Part shown: positions 40,666 to 54,534 of the stretch, one piece after another | Layout of the letters: each line of letters begins with the position of its first letter | Position numbering within the stretch: the stretch's first letter is position 1 | NCBI GenBank assembly: GCA_964016885.1 | Contig: OZ024747.1 | Coordinates: forward strand, 51,274,001-51,338,000 | Direction of reading: 5' to 3' | DNA: 64,000 bases | From: Eledone cirrhosa | Taxonomy: Eukaryota | Program-made: the position numbers and the translations under genes | Notes under the pieces: model-generated | Database searches by the model: none | What the model was told of the DNA's origin: nothing | The model's input: only the letters and a program-made list of their open reading frames with translations

Positions 40666-40718
40666 CTGCTATACATATTTCAGTGACAGCCATTATTGGC
40701 TGTGTCCTCATCAGGCAG
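40666..40718 (-). ncRNA. Intact type I hammerhead ribozyme
   Basis: ctgc CTGATGA ggac-acagcca ata atggctgt-cact GAAA tatgta TA gcag. Confidence 0.82.
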
Positions 40719-41055
40719 TAAGAATTAAGGCAGAACAAACAGGAAAACATGGCGTTGTAATGTGTTCTACCCTGTTAATTCATCGATATGTCACACTCCT
40801 GGGTGTGTTGTTAGTCGTCAAAGGAACTGGAAACATATGTTTCCAGTTCCTTTGACGACTAACAACACACCCAGGAGTGTGACATATCGATGAATTAACA
40901 GGGTAGAACACATTACAACGCCATGTTTTCCTGTTTGTTCTGCCTTAATTCTTACTGCCTGATGAGGACACAGCCAATAATGGCTGTCACTGAAAGGTGA
41001 ATTAGAATAAACGAAGCCAACTTTAACATCATTGACTTACACATATTATTTTACA

Positions 41056-41160
41056 ATCCCGCCGAGGTTAACTTTGCTTTTCATCCTTACGGGGTCGATA
41101 AAATAAAGTATCAGTAATACACTGGGTAATTGCTGGCCTTGTGCCTAACGTAGAAACAAT
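41056..41160 (+). mobile_element. 5'-truncated SINE
   Basis: attattttaca duplicated at 41045-41055 and 41159-41169. Confidence 0.9.
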
Positions 41161-41255
41161 TATTTTACATTACTCCGGAGTGAACAAACCAGCCTGCGCA
41201 CTACGTTGAGTGCTCCAACCTGCATACTCAGGTGTCGGTAAACAACCAACACACT

Positions 41256-41319
<64 letters not shown>

Positions 41320-41321
41320 AG

Positions 41322-41361
41322 TATACTGTACCGATTGTGTTGTTATTTCTGTTTACCTTTT

Positions 41362-41404
<43 letters not shown>

Positions 41405-41460
41405 TATATATATATATTTAAAAAGGTAAACAGAAATAACAACACAATCGGTACAGTATA
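41322..41460. repeat. ~44-bp inverted repeats bracketing a (TA)n tract
   Basis: tatactgtaccgattgtgttgttatttctgtttacctttttaaa / exact reverse complement ending at 41460. Confidence 0.9.
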
Positions 41461-41682
41461 TGGAAGGTATATATTAGGTTAACGCTTGATATAGCAGGAA
41501 GATATATATATATGTATGTATTTGGATCGATATGCTACCTTACATTAAGACGGTGCCCCAGTCTGGCAGCAGTCTAATTGCTGAAACTAGTAAAATCATA
41601 TAAAAGATTAGAAATAAAAACAATGTTTAAAATTATCAAATGGTGTCATATACGAAATTTGTCTTTCTTCCATTATGAATGG

Positions 41683-41885
41683 CAACATCGGCAGAGCGTA
41701 AGACACACTGATTCACGGCATAGTTACGTCCCTTTATGTTCAGAATTCAAATCCAGCCGAGGTCAGCTTTGCCTTTCATCCTTACGAGTTAGATAAAATA
41801 AAGTACCAGTAACGCATTGAGGTCGGTTTAAACGACTTTACTCGGCCCCCAAAGATTGCAGGCCTTGTGCCTGAATCAAAAACCA
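41683..41885 (+). mobile_element. Older SINE copy
   Basis: ggcaacatcggcagagc..ttcaaatcc..gcctttcatcc..aaagtaccagt. Confidence 0.75.
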
Positions 41886-43490
41886 TTATGAATATTTAAA
41901 CCATTATTTCTTTCAGTTACTCTTCCCACTACATCGCCCCCATCCACCTCATCCATCCTTGCTAAAATTTCACATCCTGTACCTCCTACTTCCCCCTTCT
42001 ACCCCGGCCCCCGTCTCTCCTCTCTATATTCCCCTCTTTTGTTTTAATATTGTTTTTAATTATTTATTTTTTAATTTTATGCTGTACTCGTCTTTGTTTT
42101 TGCCGTCTATTTTTCTTTCGGCCATTATTTTCCTCTCCACCATCGTCTTGTCTTTCCTCCACCTTTCCTCCACCTTTTCCTCCAACTTTCCTCAGCAGCA
42201 CAAGGAACAGCAACAGTAGTCAGCCTAACTCCCCCTTCCCCTAACTGACAGCCACACAAAAACGTGTACATACAAAGACATACATATAAACATACATATA
42301 TACATACATGTATACATACACACATACATATATACATATATATATATACATACATAGATACATGCTTACATACATTCATATATACATACATACATACATA
42401 CATATATATAACGTACATACATATATACATATATTTATATACATACATACATTCATACATACATGTATTACATACATATATACATACATACATAGACATA
42501 CAAACATACATACATACAAACATACGTACATATATACATACAAATATACATACAGACATACATATATACATATAATTATACATACATACAAACATACGTA
42601 CATATATACATTCAAATATACATACAGACATACATATATACATATATATACATACATACATTCATATATACATACATTCATACATACATACATATATACA
42701 TACATAGACATACGTACAAAAACATACATACATACAATCATACATACATATATAAATACATACACACATATATAGGTACATATATCTACACACGCACATA
42801 TGTACGTACACACACGTGTGTGTACTTCTGTATGGCATATAAATATCTATATATATATATATACACACACATATATGTATATATATATATTAAACTTTAT
42901 CTTGTATATATAAATATATATATGTACATACATCCTCACACACACACGCACACACACACACACTCACACGCACATGAATATTTATGATATACACATACAC
43001 ACACTCTACTGCTTCCGGTCTGAGGCCTTTAACGCCCTTCCTGACACCAAGTCCGTCTTAGTGACGCCAAAGCCCCAGCTTAACTTTAATCACCAAAACC
43101 AATGTAATACAAGAGACTCCGCAACTCCCATCCCTAAATCTGTTGTCTGTCTGTCTGTCTACATGTCTGCTTCTCTCTCTTTTTCCACCCTCACTCTTTC
43201 TTTACTCTCTCTTTCTCCCTCCTCTCTTTCTCCCCTTTTCTTGCTCTATGTCTTTTTCATCCACTCTCACTTTAATGTTCTTAGAAATTCTCTTTGATTG
43301 TTGCTCTTTTTCCCATTTTCGATGTTATTGAGTCACACACAAACACACACGAACAAACACCACGTACACAAATAATCATACATGCACACACACACAATTA
43401 TACACACATATACACACAAACAGACATTCACGCGAATTTATTCCCACTCTCACTCTTTCAGATACACATCATATTCTATACATGTATGTA

Positions 43491-43663
43491 ATCGGTAGAG
43501 GGTCTGACGCCATGCTTTCCAGCATAGTTACGTCCCTTTAAAGGTCTGAGTTCAAATCCCCTCGAGGTTAACTTTGCCTTTCATCCTTACCGGGTCGATA
43601 ACATAAAGTACCAGTAATGAACTGGGTTTTTGCTGGCCTTGTGCTAAAAGTAGAAACAATTAT
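43491..43663 (+). mobile_element. SINE (slightly 5'-truncated)
   Basis: Same family as 3425. Confidence 0.9.
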
Positions 43664-44040
43664 ATAAAATGTGCAACAAACTGGCGTTTACGCTTATACC
43701 TTCCGTGGTACTCGGAGTTTCTCAAGGCAAGGTGATCTTAGTCGTTTCGTTAGCGATCGGAAAATCCCCACCGGCGTTACTACAGTAAAGTCCCTCCTGA
43801 AAACACATCCCTCAGGATACATGTAAAATACACACACATGGCAACCATACACAACGTATCTACATTTATGAATAGATACGATACACACATACGGACTTGC
43901 ATACATTCGTACACATTCATACGCACAACTCACATATATATATACAAATATATACATAGATATATTTGCATACATCCACATAAGCATGTATATTTTTGCA
44001 GCATCCCTGTGTTTGTTTATGTGTATATATATATATATAT

Positions 44041-44364
44041 GAATAAAGTTAGTCCTTCATCAGTGATCTTCCAACCTTCATTGGTATTTCATCGCTTTAA
44101 AGACCATATACCTCCGGTTGGTGCGAGCAACGGCTAAAGAAAGTCGTTGGAACACGTAAATAAGGGGAACGAGCGAGACTGTAAACAATCAAAGATGGTA
44201 ATGCAACGAAAAGTGAGGAAGAAGGAGTCAAGTCCCAGAATTCTATGAATATAAGTTCTGTGAAATCGTGGACGAAATGTGAGCAAGGTAAGAATTTCGC
44301 ACAGGTCAAACGGGAGGAAGAAGGAGTCTAGTCCCTGAATTCGGTGAACATAAGTTCTGTGAAA
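44041..44364 (-). mobile_element. Second copy of the 37546 repeat, with fewer internal units
   Basis: Near-identical first ~230 bp; starts at a (TA)n tract. Confidence 0.8.
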
Positions 44365-44387
44365 TATATCGCAAAATTAAGAACGAA

Positions 44388-44422
<35 letters not shown>

Positions 44423-44694
44423 ATACATTAACAGGGAAAGCTTTAAGCAATACTCCGACCGACTTCCGTCTCACTCAACAAACATTAGGATATACCTTAG
44501 TATAATCCCAATTATATGTTTGGGGGCTAACTATACGTATTTTGCGGATAGCCAGTTGTATTATTTTATATGACACATATATATATATATTACTCCTTCC
44601 ATCGTTTTTCCTCCCTTTTCTCACCCCCACTTTTTTCTAAATGTCTTTACACTACTCCCCCACACACCCTCGGGACTCTATTCCTACCCACGTT

Positions 44695-44735
44695 TCTTCT
44701 GATGAAGGGCTTATGCACGAAACGTCGTTCCCCAC
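44695..44735 (+). ncRNA. Degenerate hammerhead core
   Basis: CTGATGA agggcttatgcac GAAACGTC; stem I not evident. Confidence 0.4.
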
Positions 44736-44810
44736 CACCTCACTCTCAAAAGCGTGAACCTAGTAAACTCTCATTTGTACTGCCTCTCTGTTTTTGTTCC
44801 GTCCAAGTTT

Positions 44811-44844
<34 letters not shown>

Positions 44845-44852
<8 letters not shown>

Positions 44853-45040
44853 AAACAGATTATATAGTTAAACAGATAGAGTTAAAACAGATTATAGTTA
44901 AAACAGATTATATAGTTAAACAGATATAGTTAAAACAGATTATAGTTAAAACAGATTATATAGTTAAACAGATATAGTTAAAACAGATTATAGTTAAAAC
45001 AGATTATATAGTTAAAACAGATATAGTTAAAACAGATTAG
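44845..45040. repeat. ~14-17 bp minisatellite (tatagttaaaacagat)
   Basis: About 12 tandem units. Confidence 0.9.
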
Positions 45041-45218
45041 AGCAAACATCACGGGCACTCTATCTCAAAATTATTTTTGAAAAGCATTAGAAATGCGCAA
45101 CCGGTAAAACTTAAAACCAAAACTGAATACTAACCAATATTTATTACTAATTTTTACTTATTCCTAATTAAACTATTTTTCACTGGGAACAATTTGTCAG
45201 CATTTTCTTTTCCTTTTA

Positions 45219-45270
<52 letters not shown>

Positions 45271-45949
45271 TATATATATATATAAATATATTAATTATAT
45301 TCTTAAGATACATTTTTTAAAACTTTATAACATTTATGACTTCTTATAAAATAACCCATGGTTTATGTTTTAATTATATTCTTAAGATAAATTTATGACT
45401 TCTTATAAAATAACATATGGTTTATGTTTTAATTATATTCTTAAGATAAATTTTTTAACTTTATAACATTTATGACTTCTCAAGTTTTTTATGTATCCTT
45501 GGAGTCATTTGAGTTCTTAAAAAAATCACTTCTAACTTCCTTTATACTTCCTTACTGTTTTCATAATCTAATTAAGTAGTTATTCCTTTGTAAACTCTCG
45601 TAAATTTTCATAAATTTAGAATTATTTGGACGTTTAAGTTTTGACTTACAAATATTAATAAATATAATTTTGCCAAACTTACTTTAATCAAATAGATTTT
45701 CTCTAATGTAAAATACTATACATTTAAATAATTTATAATCCATAACATACACATCTAAACCAATATATTATTACTAATACATCTTAATATAATATAAATA
45801 CTTCTGTTTTAATTTTAATTTTCAATTTTAATATTAATATGAAATTAAATGTTTAATATTAAAGTCAATTTTAATCTTTCATTTTGATTTTTAATTTTTA
45901 ATTTCAACTTATCATTATAAATATAATCACAACGTAATGAACCCTACAT

Positions 45950-46530
45950 TCTAAATATTATTCTTCCACGTTAATTTTATTTCTTCTTTCACTTATTCTT
46001 TCACTTACGCTCTGTATATTCTTCCATTAAAATTTATTTCCTCGTTCACTTTGACTATCTTCACTATCACTATGTATAATCGTTCTTTATTTCTTTTTCT
46101 TCTCTCTTTCTCCTTCCTTTTCTTTTCTCTCCCTTACATATCCTCTTCTTCCAACAGTTTAATTTAAATAAACCGTTATCTTTTCAACTTTTCGGACACT
46201 CATTTGCATACTCACTCATAACTTTGTATTACCCTCAATAAAAGATTATCTCCACTATCCAGGAGGCTCCAACCGTTAAGGTTGTCTTTTTTCCGGGTAT
46301 GTCAATATTTATTTATAAAACAAATCTGTATTTTATCTGATGAAAGCGCACCATACTTTGCCTTGGTTGCCCTTGAAATATATATAATAAAATAAATATG
46401 GTTTTATAAATATAGTTTCCATTTATTAATATATTGTGTATTTACTACACTAACTTGTTGAGTGCTTTATATAAGTTATAAACATTTTTAAGCTTGTTGA
46501 ATCCCAACAAATTAAATATAACCTCTGCAT
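45950..46530 (+). mobile_element. Family E PLE 3' region: UTR, HHR and tail ending at (TA)n
   Basis: Similar to 34050-34320 reversed and to 55722-56153. Confidence 0.7.
46329..46394 (+). ncRNA. Intact type I hammerhead ribozyme
   Basis: tattttat CTGATGA aagcgcacca..tggttgccctt GAAA tatata TA ataaaata. Confidence 0.85.
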
Positions 46531-46577
46531 ATATATATATATATATATATATATAACGGGAGAAAAAAACATATATA

Positions 46578-46615
46578 CAGTGGAACCTCGGTTTACGAAC
46601 AATCATTTCGAACAT
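46578..46615 (+). mobile_element. Solo pogo/Tigger-like TIR
   Basis: TA + cagtggaacctcggtttacgaac; no partner TIR seen. Confidence 0.5.
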
Positions 46616-47243
46616 AAAACGTGGTGGTGTGTTAGTGGTGGGGCGGTTGTGTGAGGGTTTGGTGGTGGGTTTTGGAGATGGTCGGCTTGTGTGATGGCTG
46701 GTTTGTGTGGTAGTGGGTTTATATGGGGCGTGTTGTGAGGTTGAGTCGTAAAAGGGTTTCATAGTGTGGGTGTCTCGCAGTGTGGGTGTGGTGGTATGGT
46801 GTCGTGAGTTTGAGGTGTGATGGTATGATTTTGGGGGTAGTGTAAGGGGTATATGTGGGTGGAGGTCTTTTACTGTAGCTGTCTGCTGCTTAAGGTGATG
46901 GTGTGGTGGAGTAATTCTGTGGTATAGTGCTGTAGTAGTAGTGTAGTAATGGTATGGTTGTGTGATGGTAGGGTGGTAGCATGGTAATGGGTGTGTGTGG
47001 GTGTCTCTGTTGCCAATTAAAGGTATGTTCGGCGGAAATGGAACTAACTACCTTCTAATGAGAGAAGAGCAGTCAAATTATTTATAAGTTGTACGTTGTA
47101 GCAAGGCAAAAGTTGATGAGGAAACGCACACACATAAACATACACCCACAAACGCATTCAAACACACACGCACATACTCCAACACATTCATACACACACA
47201 CACATATTCCAACACATTCATACACACACACACACACACACAT

Positions 47244-47335
<92 letters not shown>

Positions 47336-47442
47336 ATAATAATAAATTTCAAGACTAAAATCCAAAGAGGGCTCGATAAGGATAAGTATATATCAAATAT
47401 ATAAGAACCGAAGAGCAAATATTTATTAAAATAACAGATTAA

Positions 47443-47493
47443 AGTTTGAGCAAAGAATCGCTGCTTTCACCCTTAACGGGATCTTCTGAAACT
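47443..47493 (-). ncRNA. Type I hammerhead-like motif with CAGAAGA core variant
   Basis: agttt CAGAAGA tccc gtta aggg t GAAA gca..tgc TC aaact; copies at 48872-48922 and 51585-51635. Confidence 0.65.
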
Positions 47494-48429
47494 AACAAAG
47501 TCAATCTGTAAACGCAGAAGTGGATATTTAAAAAAACGCTGCAACCGGAGGCGGACAGGAAGACAACACTTTGGCTCGTGGAAACGTTCGCTGGCAAAGA
47601 ACGGGAAAAAACGAATAAGATACGTCATTAATAGGAGCGGTGAAAAACAATTACGCGCAAAGACAGAACCACGTTTATGGTATAAAAGAGGTCGTAGACT
47701 AATGTTCTCTTAGGTGGTGCATAGAGACGTTCTCTGGCAATGAACGAAAAAAACGAAGATAATACATCATATGTGGAGCGTGGAGAACAATAGCACGCAA
47801 AGACAAAACCACGTAAATGGTATAACAGAAGTCGTAGACTAAAATTCTAACTAGGAGACCGAATGAATCTCCGCTACAGAGTTAAGAACAAAGTAAATAA
47901 ATACAATACAGAAGTAATAGAAATGAATAAATACATACACGCAAACAAATACGTACATACACAAGCATACGCAAAACACTTACCATAGGAATACAAAACC
48001 ACGCACATATAAATATGTGTGTGTGTGTATGCGTGTATACAAATAAATAAATAATTATATAAACGTATATAAATAAATAAATACGTATATAACAAGCGCA
48101 CACACATACCTACATGTAAATACACGAAAGTTCGGAGACGTAAGTCATCCAAAACATGAAGTACGCATATACACACACCCTACATACGTACGAACCTGCA
48201 TACTCACACAGACGCAAAACTCCCGTATACACATAGCCAAACCATATGTACCAGAATAAAAAAATTATACGCCATAACATAAACAATCAAATATACGTAC
48301 GAGAAAGTATACGTACCTTCACGAAACATACGGGTAATATATACTTACCTATGCAAATAAGTAATGGTATAAACAAAACATATACTTAGCTCCCACATCA
48401 AGACGTAAAATATCCACGTATAGATCATA

Positions 48430-48835
48430 CTATCCGTTAGGGTATAACGTGGGGCTGTAATACAGGAAAGGTTTGTGTAATTTATGTTTACAAGCCGAAA
48501 TTGCCTCAGATTTTTTGTTTAAGATGTGGTCTGTGGCGTAAAGTATTTCCAGGGCCTCAGCGGCGCAGAGGTCACATGGTCTTTTATTTCCGTTATACGA
48601 TCTAGCCCTAGATAGCATCTCCCAGTGTAACTTATATTGGGTGTGGTTGTCTTTTAGACTCCAGATATAAGCTGAAAGTGACGTCATATTCCTTCTTAGA
48701 GGGTAACGTAAAGAATGGGTATGCGTGTAAAGACGCTGCTTGAATCTATTGGCGGTTAACCCTATGTAGGCCCTACGGGACGTGGGTGTTACAACCTTAC
48801 ATTTGTAGACAATGTTACTAGAGAGGCATTTTTTG
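48430..48835 (-). CDS. PLE GIY-YIG endonuclease domain (fragment)
   Basis: KCLSSNIVYKC..AYIGLTANRFKQRLYTH..TSLSAYIWSLK..CDLC..LNKKSEAISACKH. Confidence 0.88.
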
Positions 48836-48933
48836 AAATATCCACTTCTGCGTTTACAGATTGACTTTGTTAGTTTCAGAAAATCCCGTTAAGGGTGAAA
48901 GCAGCGATTCTTTGCTTAAACTTTAATCTGTTA

Positions 48934-48987
<54 letters not shown>

Positions 48988-49071
48988 TAAAATATAATAC
49001 AGAGAAACACGAACACACAAACACAAATACACATACACACACACGTACATACATACACACATGGACACACA

Positions 49072-49905
<834 letters not shown>

Positions 49906-50329
49906 ATATATATGTATAAATATACACGGATGTGTATGATTGTGTATAGAAGATTATAATAAAAGTAATTTCAACTTTGATTTACTCGTTTTATTTACAA
50001 TCCTTTAAAACTATAATGATATTATAATGAAATAGTATGGTAGAATATTAAATGTTAAATGTTAATTGAACCAGTACATTCATGCTTTCGCAATCTTCAG
50101 GTTCATATTCTGTGGTGACAGTCCAGTTCGCAATGTACATACATATGCTAGTTTATATATAGCACAGTCGGTAGATCATCGAATAACTGCAAGTTTCAAG
50201 ATCTAATCATAATCACTAATGTAGGCTGTACGGGTGGAGCAGCGATCGAAAAGCCTGGTTTAACAGACACAAGTTCAAGTTTAAAAGTTATACAGTTTAA
50301 ACGTCGTGTTTGTCATAACAGATCATATT

Positions 50330-50730
50330 TAGAGTTGAGGTATTTAGTAGTTGGATTAGTCAGCCTTCATACAAGCAAGTGTAAGTTTAGCTACCTCACT
50401 ATTGGACTATACCGTGACGATGGCCTCTTTTTAGCAAACGATTCCAGCAGTCACACTCTAAACATAACCCGTAAAGATTTAGTAGAAACATTTTACACTG
50501 AAGATCACAGAAGACACGGATATTAATAATTGTTTCCACTTTTGGCACAAGGCCAGCAATTATCCAGTGCATTACTGGAACTTTATTTTATCGACCCCGT
50601 AAGGGTGAAAGGCAAAGTTGACCTCAGCGGGATTTGAACTCAAAATGGCAAGAGCCATAATGACCATTTCTTTGGTGTTAACTTAGTCTTAAGCACAGGT
50701 ACGTAAAAATCATATCATATGAAAAACTGG
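50330..50730 (+). pseudogene. PLE RT fragment interrupted by a minus-strand SINE (50525-50660)
   Basis: YLVVGLV..IGLYRDDGLFL; FFGVNLVLSTGT after the SINE. Confidence 0.7.
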
Positions 50731-51049
50731 AATATATTAACCAATGTTTTATTATTTGAACGTGGTAAAGCCGGCCATTTGTCGCTCGAATACAGGAAAT
50801 TGATTGGCCAGTCTGCTAATATGCAAATCAGGCCGATCAGTCACTGTATATTTCAGAAAATAGCATATATTTTCACTAGCTCTGACAGTTATAGAAAGCG
50901 GGGTATGTTTTCAGTTACACAGGGTATAAAACCACTATAGTGAAGAATATAGGATCTACGAAAAGTGTGGAAAATACATAATAATAATAATCATCAAAAG
51001 GTTAAATGTAAAAAAACCCACCTTTATAACTATAACACCTGGACATTCT

Positions 51050-51097
<48 letters not shown>

Positions 51098-51202
51098 TCA
51101 GGGATATCTTCTTCGATATAGCGTCCAGTAAAAGAGAAGTGTTTGTACATGCAACCTCTAGGCGCTCGCAAAACCCGATAATATCGAGTCTAATAAATCT
51201 CA

Positions 51203-51285
<83 letters not shown>

Positions 51286-51289
51286 TGCT

Positions 51290-51745
51290 GTTCTCCACGC
51301 TCCACATGTGACGTATTATCTTCGTTTTTTTCGTTCATTGCCAGAGAACGTCTCTATGCACCACCTAAGAGAACATTAGTCTACGACCTCTTTTATACCA
51401 TAAACGTGGTTCTGTCTTTGCGCGTAATTGTTTTTCACCGCTCCTATTAATGACGTATCTTATTCGTTTTTTCCCGTTCTTTGCCAGCGAACGTTTCCAC
51501 GAACCAAAGTATCGTCTTCCTGTCTTCCTCCGGTTGCAGCGTTTTTTTAAATATCCACTTCTGCGTTTACAGATTGACTTTGTTAGTTTCAGAAGATCCC
51601 GTTAAGGGTGAAAGCAGCGATTCTTTGCTTAAACTTTAATCTGTTATTTTAATAAATATTTGCTCTACGGTTCTTATATATTTGATATATACTTATCCTT
51701 ATCGAGCCCTCTTTGGATTTTAGTCTTGAAATTTATTATTATTAC

Positions 51746-51750
<5 letters not shown>
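51290..51750 (+). mobile_element. PLE 3' end, inverted near-identical copy of 47332-47790
   Basis: Near-identical reverse complement over ~460 bp, including the HHR at 51585-51635. Confidence 0.88.
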
Positions 51751-51796
<46 letters not shown>

Positions 51797-51797
<1 letters not shown>

Positions 51798-52307
51798 AAA
51801 TAAAATAATTAAGTCAAATATTTTTAATTTGGCTTCGTTTATTAAAGATGTACTGCTATATATATTTTGGTGACAGGCAGTCCGATTTGGTGTGGTAGAG
51901 ACAGGTACACATGTTGTTAAAGTGTTTTACTCCGTCAATACTCCGATATGTCCAGCTCCTGGTTGGGTTGTTATTTCTCTGAGGAATATGATATGATTCC
52001 AGTTTGTCAGAGAAATATAAACCCAACCAGGAGCTGGACATATCGGAGTATTGACGGAGTAAAACACTTTAACAACATGTGTACCTGTCTCTACCACACC
52101 AATTCGGACTGCCTGAAGAGGTCACAGCCAATGATGGCTGTCACGGAAATATATATAGCACTACATCTTTAATAAACGAAGCCAAATTTTAAATATTTGA
52201 TTTAATTATTTTATTTTACTCCGGAGTAACCAAACCAACCTGCGTACTTCGTGGAGTGCTCCAATCTGCATACTGAGGTGTCGGTAAACAACCAACATAT
52301 ACGCAAA

Positions 52308-52310
<3 letters not shown>
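51797..52310 (+). mobile_element. Long palindromic PLE-like element (family I)
   Basis: Arms 51797-~51982/~52008-52218; tail ctccggagtaaccaaacc..gagtgctcc similar to 41172. Confidence 0.85.
52108..52162 (+). ncRNA. Type I hammerhead ribozyme
   Basis: actgc CTGAAGA ggtc-acagcca atg atggctgt-cacg GAAA tatata TA gcac. Confidence 0.8.
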
Positions 52311-52355
<45 letters not shown>

Positions 52356-52580
52356 CATTAAGTTATTTTGATCAGCTGAGTGTGGAACTGGTAGTGCTGG
52401 TAGAAAAATCAGGATGTAACGAATTAATAAAGCACTCGACATTATGGACGTCACCAATCAGAGATGTGGTGTCCAGTGTTTGGTGCAGGAACGGAGTAAA
52501 GTATTTAAATAAAACAACAGCCCGGCCTTCTGTTGTCCTTTTACACACACACGCACCCACACAAACTCACACACACACAC

Positions 52581-52636
<56 letters not shown>

Positions 52637-52642
<6 letters not shown>

Positions 52643-53005
52643 TAATAAAAACAATGAAATAAAAACAATGAAATAAAAACAAAGAACAAGTTCCTTATAT
52701 TAAACAATTCATCATTTTACGATCGTTTCTGGCATGTATATGTGTGTTGGCATGTATATCATGTTTAAGATCTATGTAAAAATATTAAAAATTATCCCAG
52801 AAACGATCGTAAAATGAAGTATTTTTTAATATAAGGAACTTGTTCTTTGTTTTTATTTCATTGTTTTTATTAATTTATCTTGACTCTGTTTTCCTATGAC
52901 TTTTATGGTCAATTTTTGAATGCATCCTCTCTTATGATATCTTCTATGTTTGGATTACATTGAGTTCTTCATACAGATTGGAGACTACCGTATATTTTGG
53001 TAGAT
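52637..53005 (+). mobile_element. Palindromic PLE-like terminus (family L)
   Basis: Arms ~52637-52732/52797-52878; GAAA cgatcg TA half-HHR; tail with ttgagttctt; related piece at 53740-53860. Confidence 0.75.
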
Positions 53006-53008
53006 TTA

Positions 53009-53061
<53 letters not shown>

Positions 53062-53229
53062 GTATATCAGTATATATGGTAGGAGTTATTTCAATGTTTC
53101 CAAATATATGCAAAAGTATATATTAACTTGTATGTCAATGTGTGTTAGGTTATTATTTATATAGAAAACTTGCATGTACATACGAACGTATTTATGCATC
53201 TACAAAAGCGAACAAGCATACATTGTCGC

Positions 53230-53316
<87 letters not shown>

Positions 53317-53600
53317 CATATGTGTGTGTGTGTATGTCTGCGTGTTTGTGTGTGTATATATATAACTGCGTAGGTGTGTACGGATGATTAAGAAAAACAT
53401 GACTAATAATGATCATGCATTAATCATTTCGAAAATTATATAATTAAATTGTAATAAAAACATTCATGTCTACAGACATATGTAATATAAGCACACACAC
53501 AGACACACACACAAATATATGTATATATGTGTGTGTGTGTGTATACATGTATGTGTGGGGAGGGTGCACCTATATATAAGTAAATATTTTTAACCATTTG

Positions 53601-53677
<77 letters not shown>

Positions 53678-53708
53678 GTATATATATAAATATATATATA
53701 TATATATG

Positions 53709-53742
<34 letters not shown>

Positions 53743-53853
53743 AAATATTAAACAAATAATGAATAAACAATTCCTTATATTAAACAAAAAAAGTTCATTA
53801 TTTAACGATCGTTTCTAGGATATATATGTGTTATAATTGGTATGTCAGAGTCA

Positions 53854-53999
<146 letters not shown>

Positions 54000-54319
54000 T
54001 TACATACACGTATAGAAGCACAACCACACATATACACCCAGGGAAACGCACATACACAGACTTGGTAAATATGTTCGCTTTTTAAACCTTTCATTATCAG
54101 ATTTCGTGATGGTGTCATTAAAATCCTGCCGTGTGCCCTAACAGGCGCAGGATATACATTAAAGAAAGGGAAAACCAGAAGAGAAGAAGACAACAACAAC
54201 AATAACATCAACAACAACCACAATATTAAAGCTATAGGTCTGGAATGTTTCATCATGATGTTCTTTAGGGTAGACATTTTTATTTCAGACAAAGAAATCA
54301 AGTAAAAGAAAAAAAATGC

Positions 54320-54500
54320 TATACATGTACACTCACACACACACTCACACAGCCATACACACAGACACAGACATACACACAGACACACACACATACACAC
54401 ATAGAGACAAACACACACACACACACACACACACAAACAAACACACACAGACACAGACACACGGACTCACATACACACACACACAGACAGACAGACTCAC

Positions 54501-54534
<34 letters not shown>

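Larger units (their letters stand above)
40608..41257 (+). mobile_element. Long palindromic PLE-like element (family I) with HHR and tail, interrupted by a SINE
   Basis: Loopless palindrome centred at 40836/40837, perfect over 40678-40995 and imperfect to 40608/41055; tail 41172-41257; related to 51797-52310. Confidence 0.85.
47332..48940 (-). mobile_element. 5'-truncated Penelope-like element with an inverted partial pLTR at its 5' junction
   Basis: GIY-YIG frame 48835->48430; 3' UTR with ~143-bp tandem units; HHR at 47443-47493; 48836-48940 is an inverted copy of ~47425-47530; (TA)n on both sides. Confidence 0.88.

Noticed and set aside
40678-40995. Classical MITE or pre-miRNA interpretation of the palindromes
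   Set aside because: Asymmetric one-sided tails, HHR cores and linkage to PLE coding relics fit PLE termini better than TIR elements or miRNA hairpins.
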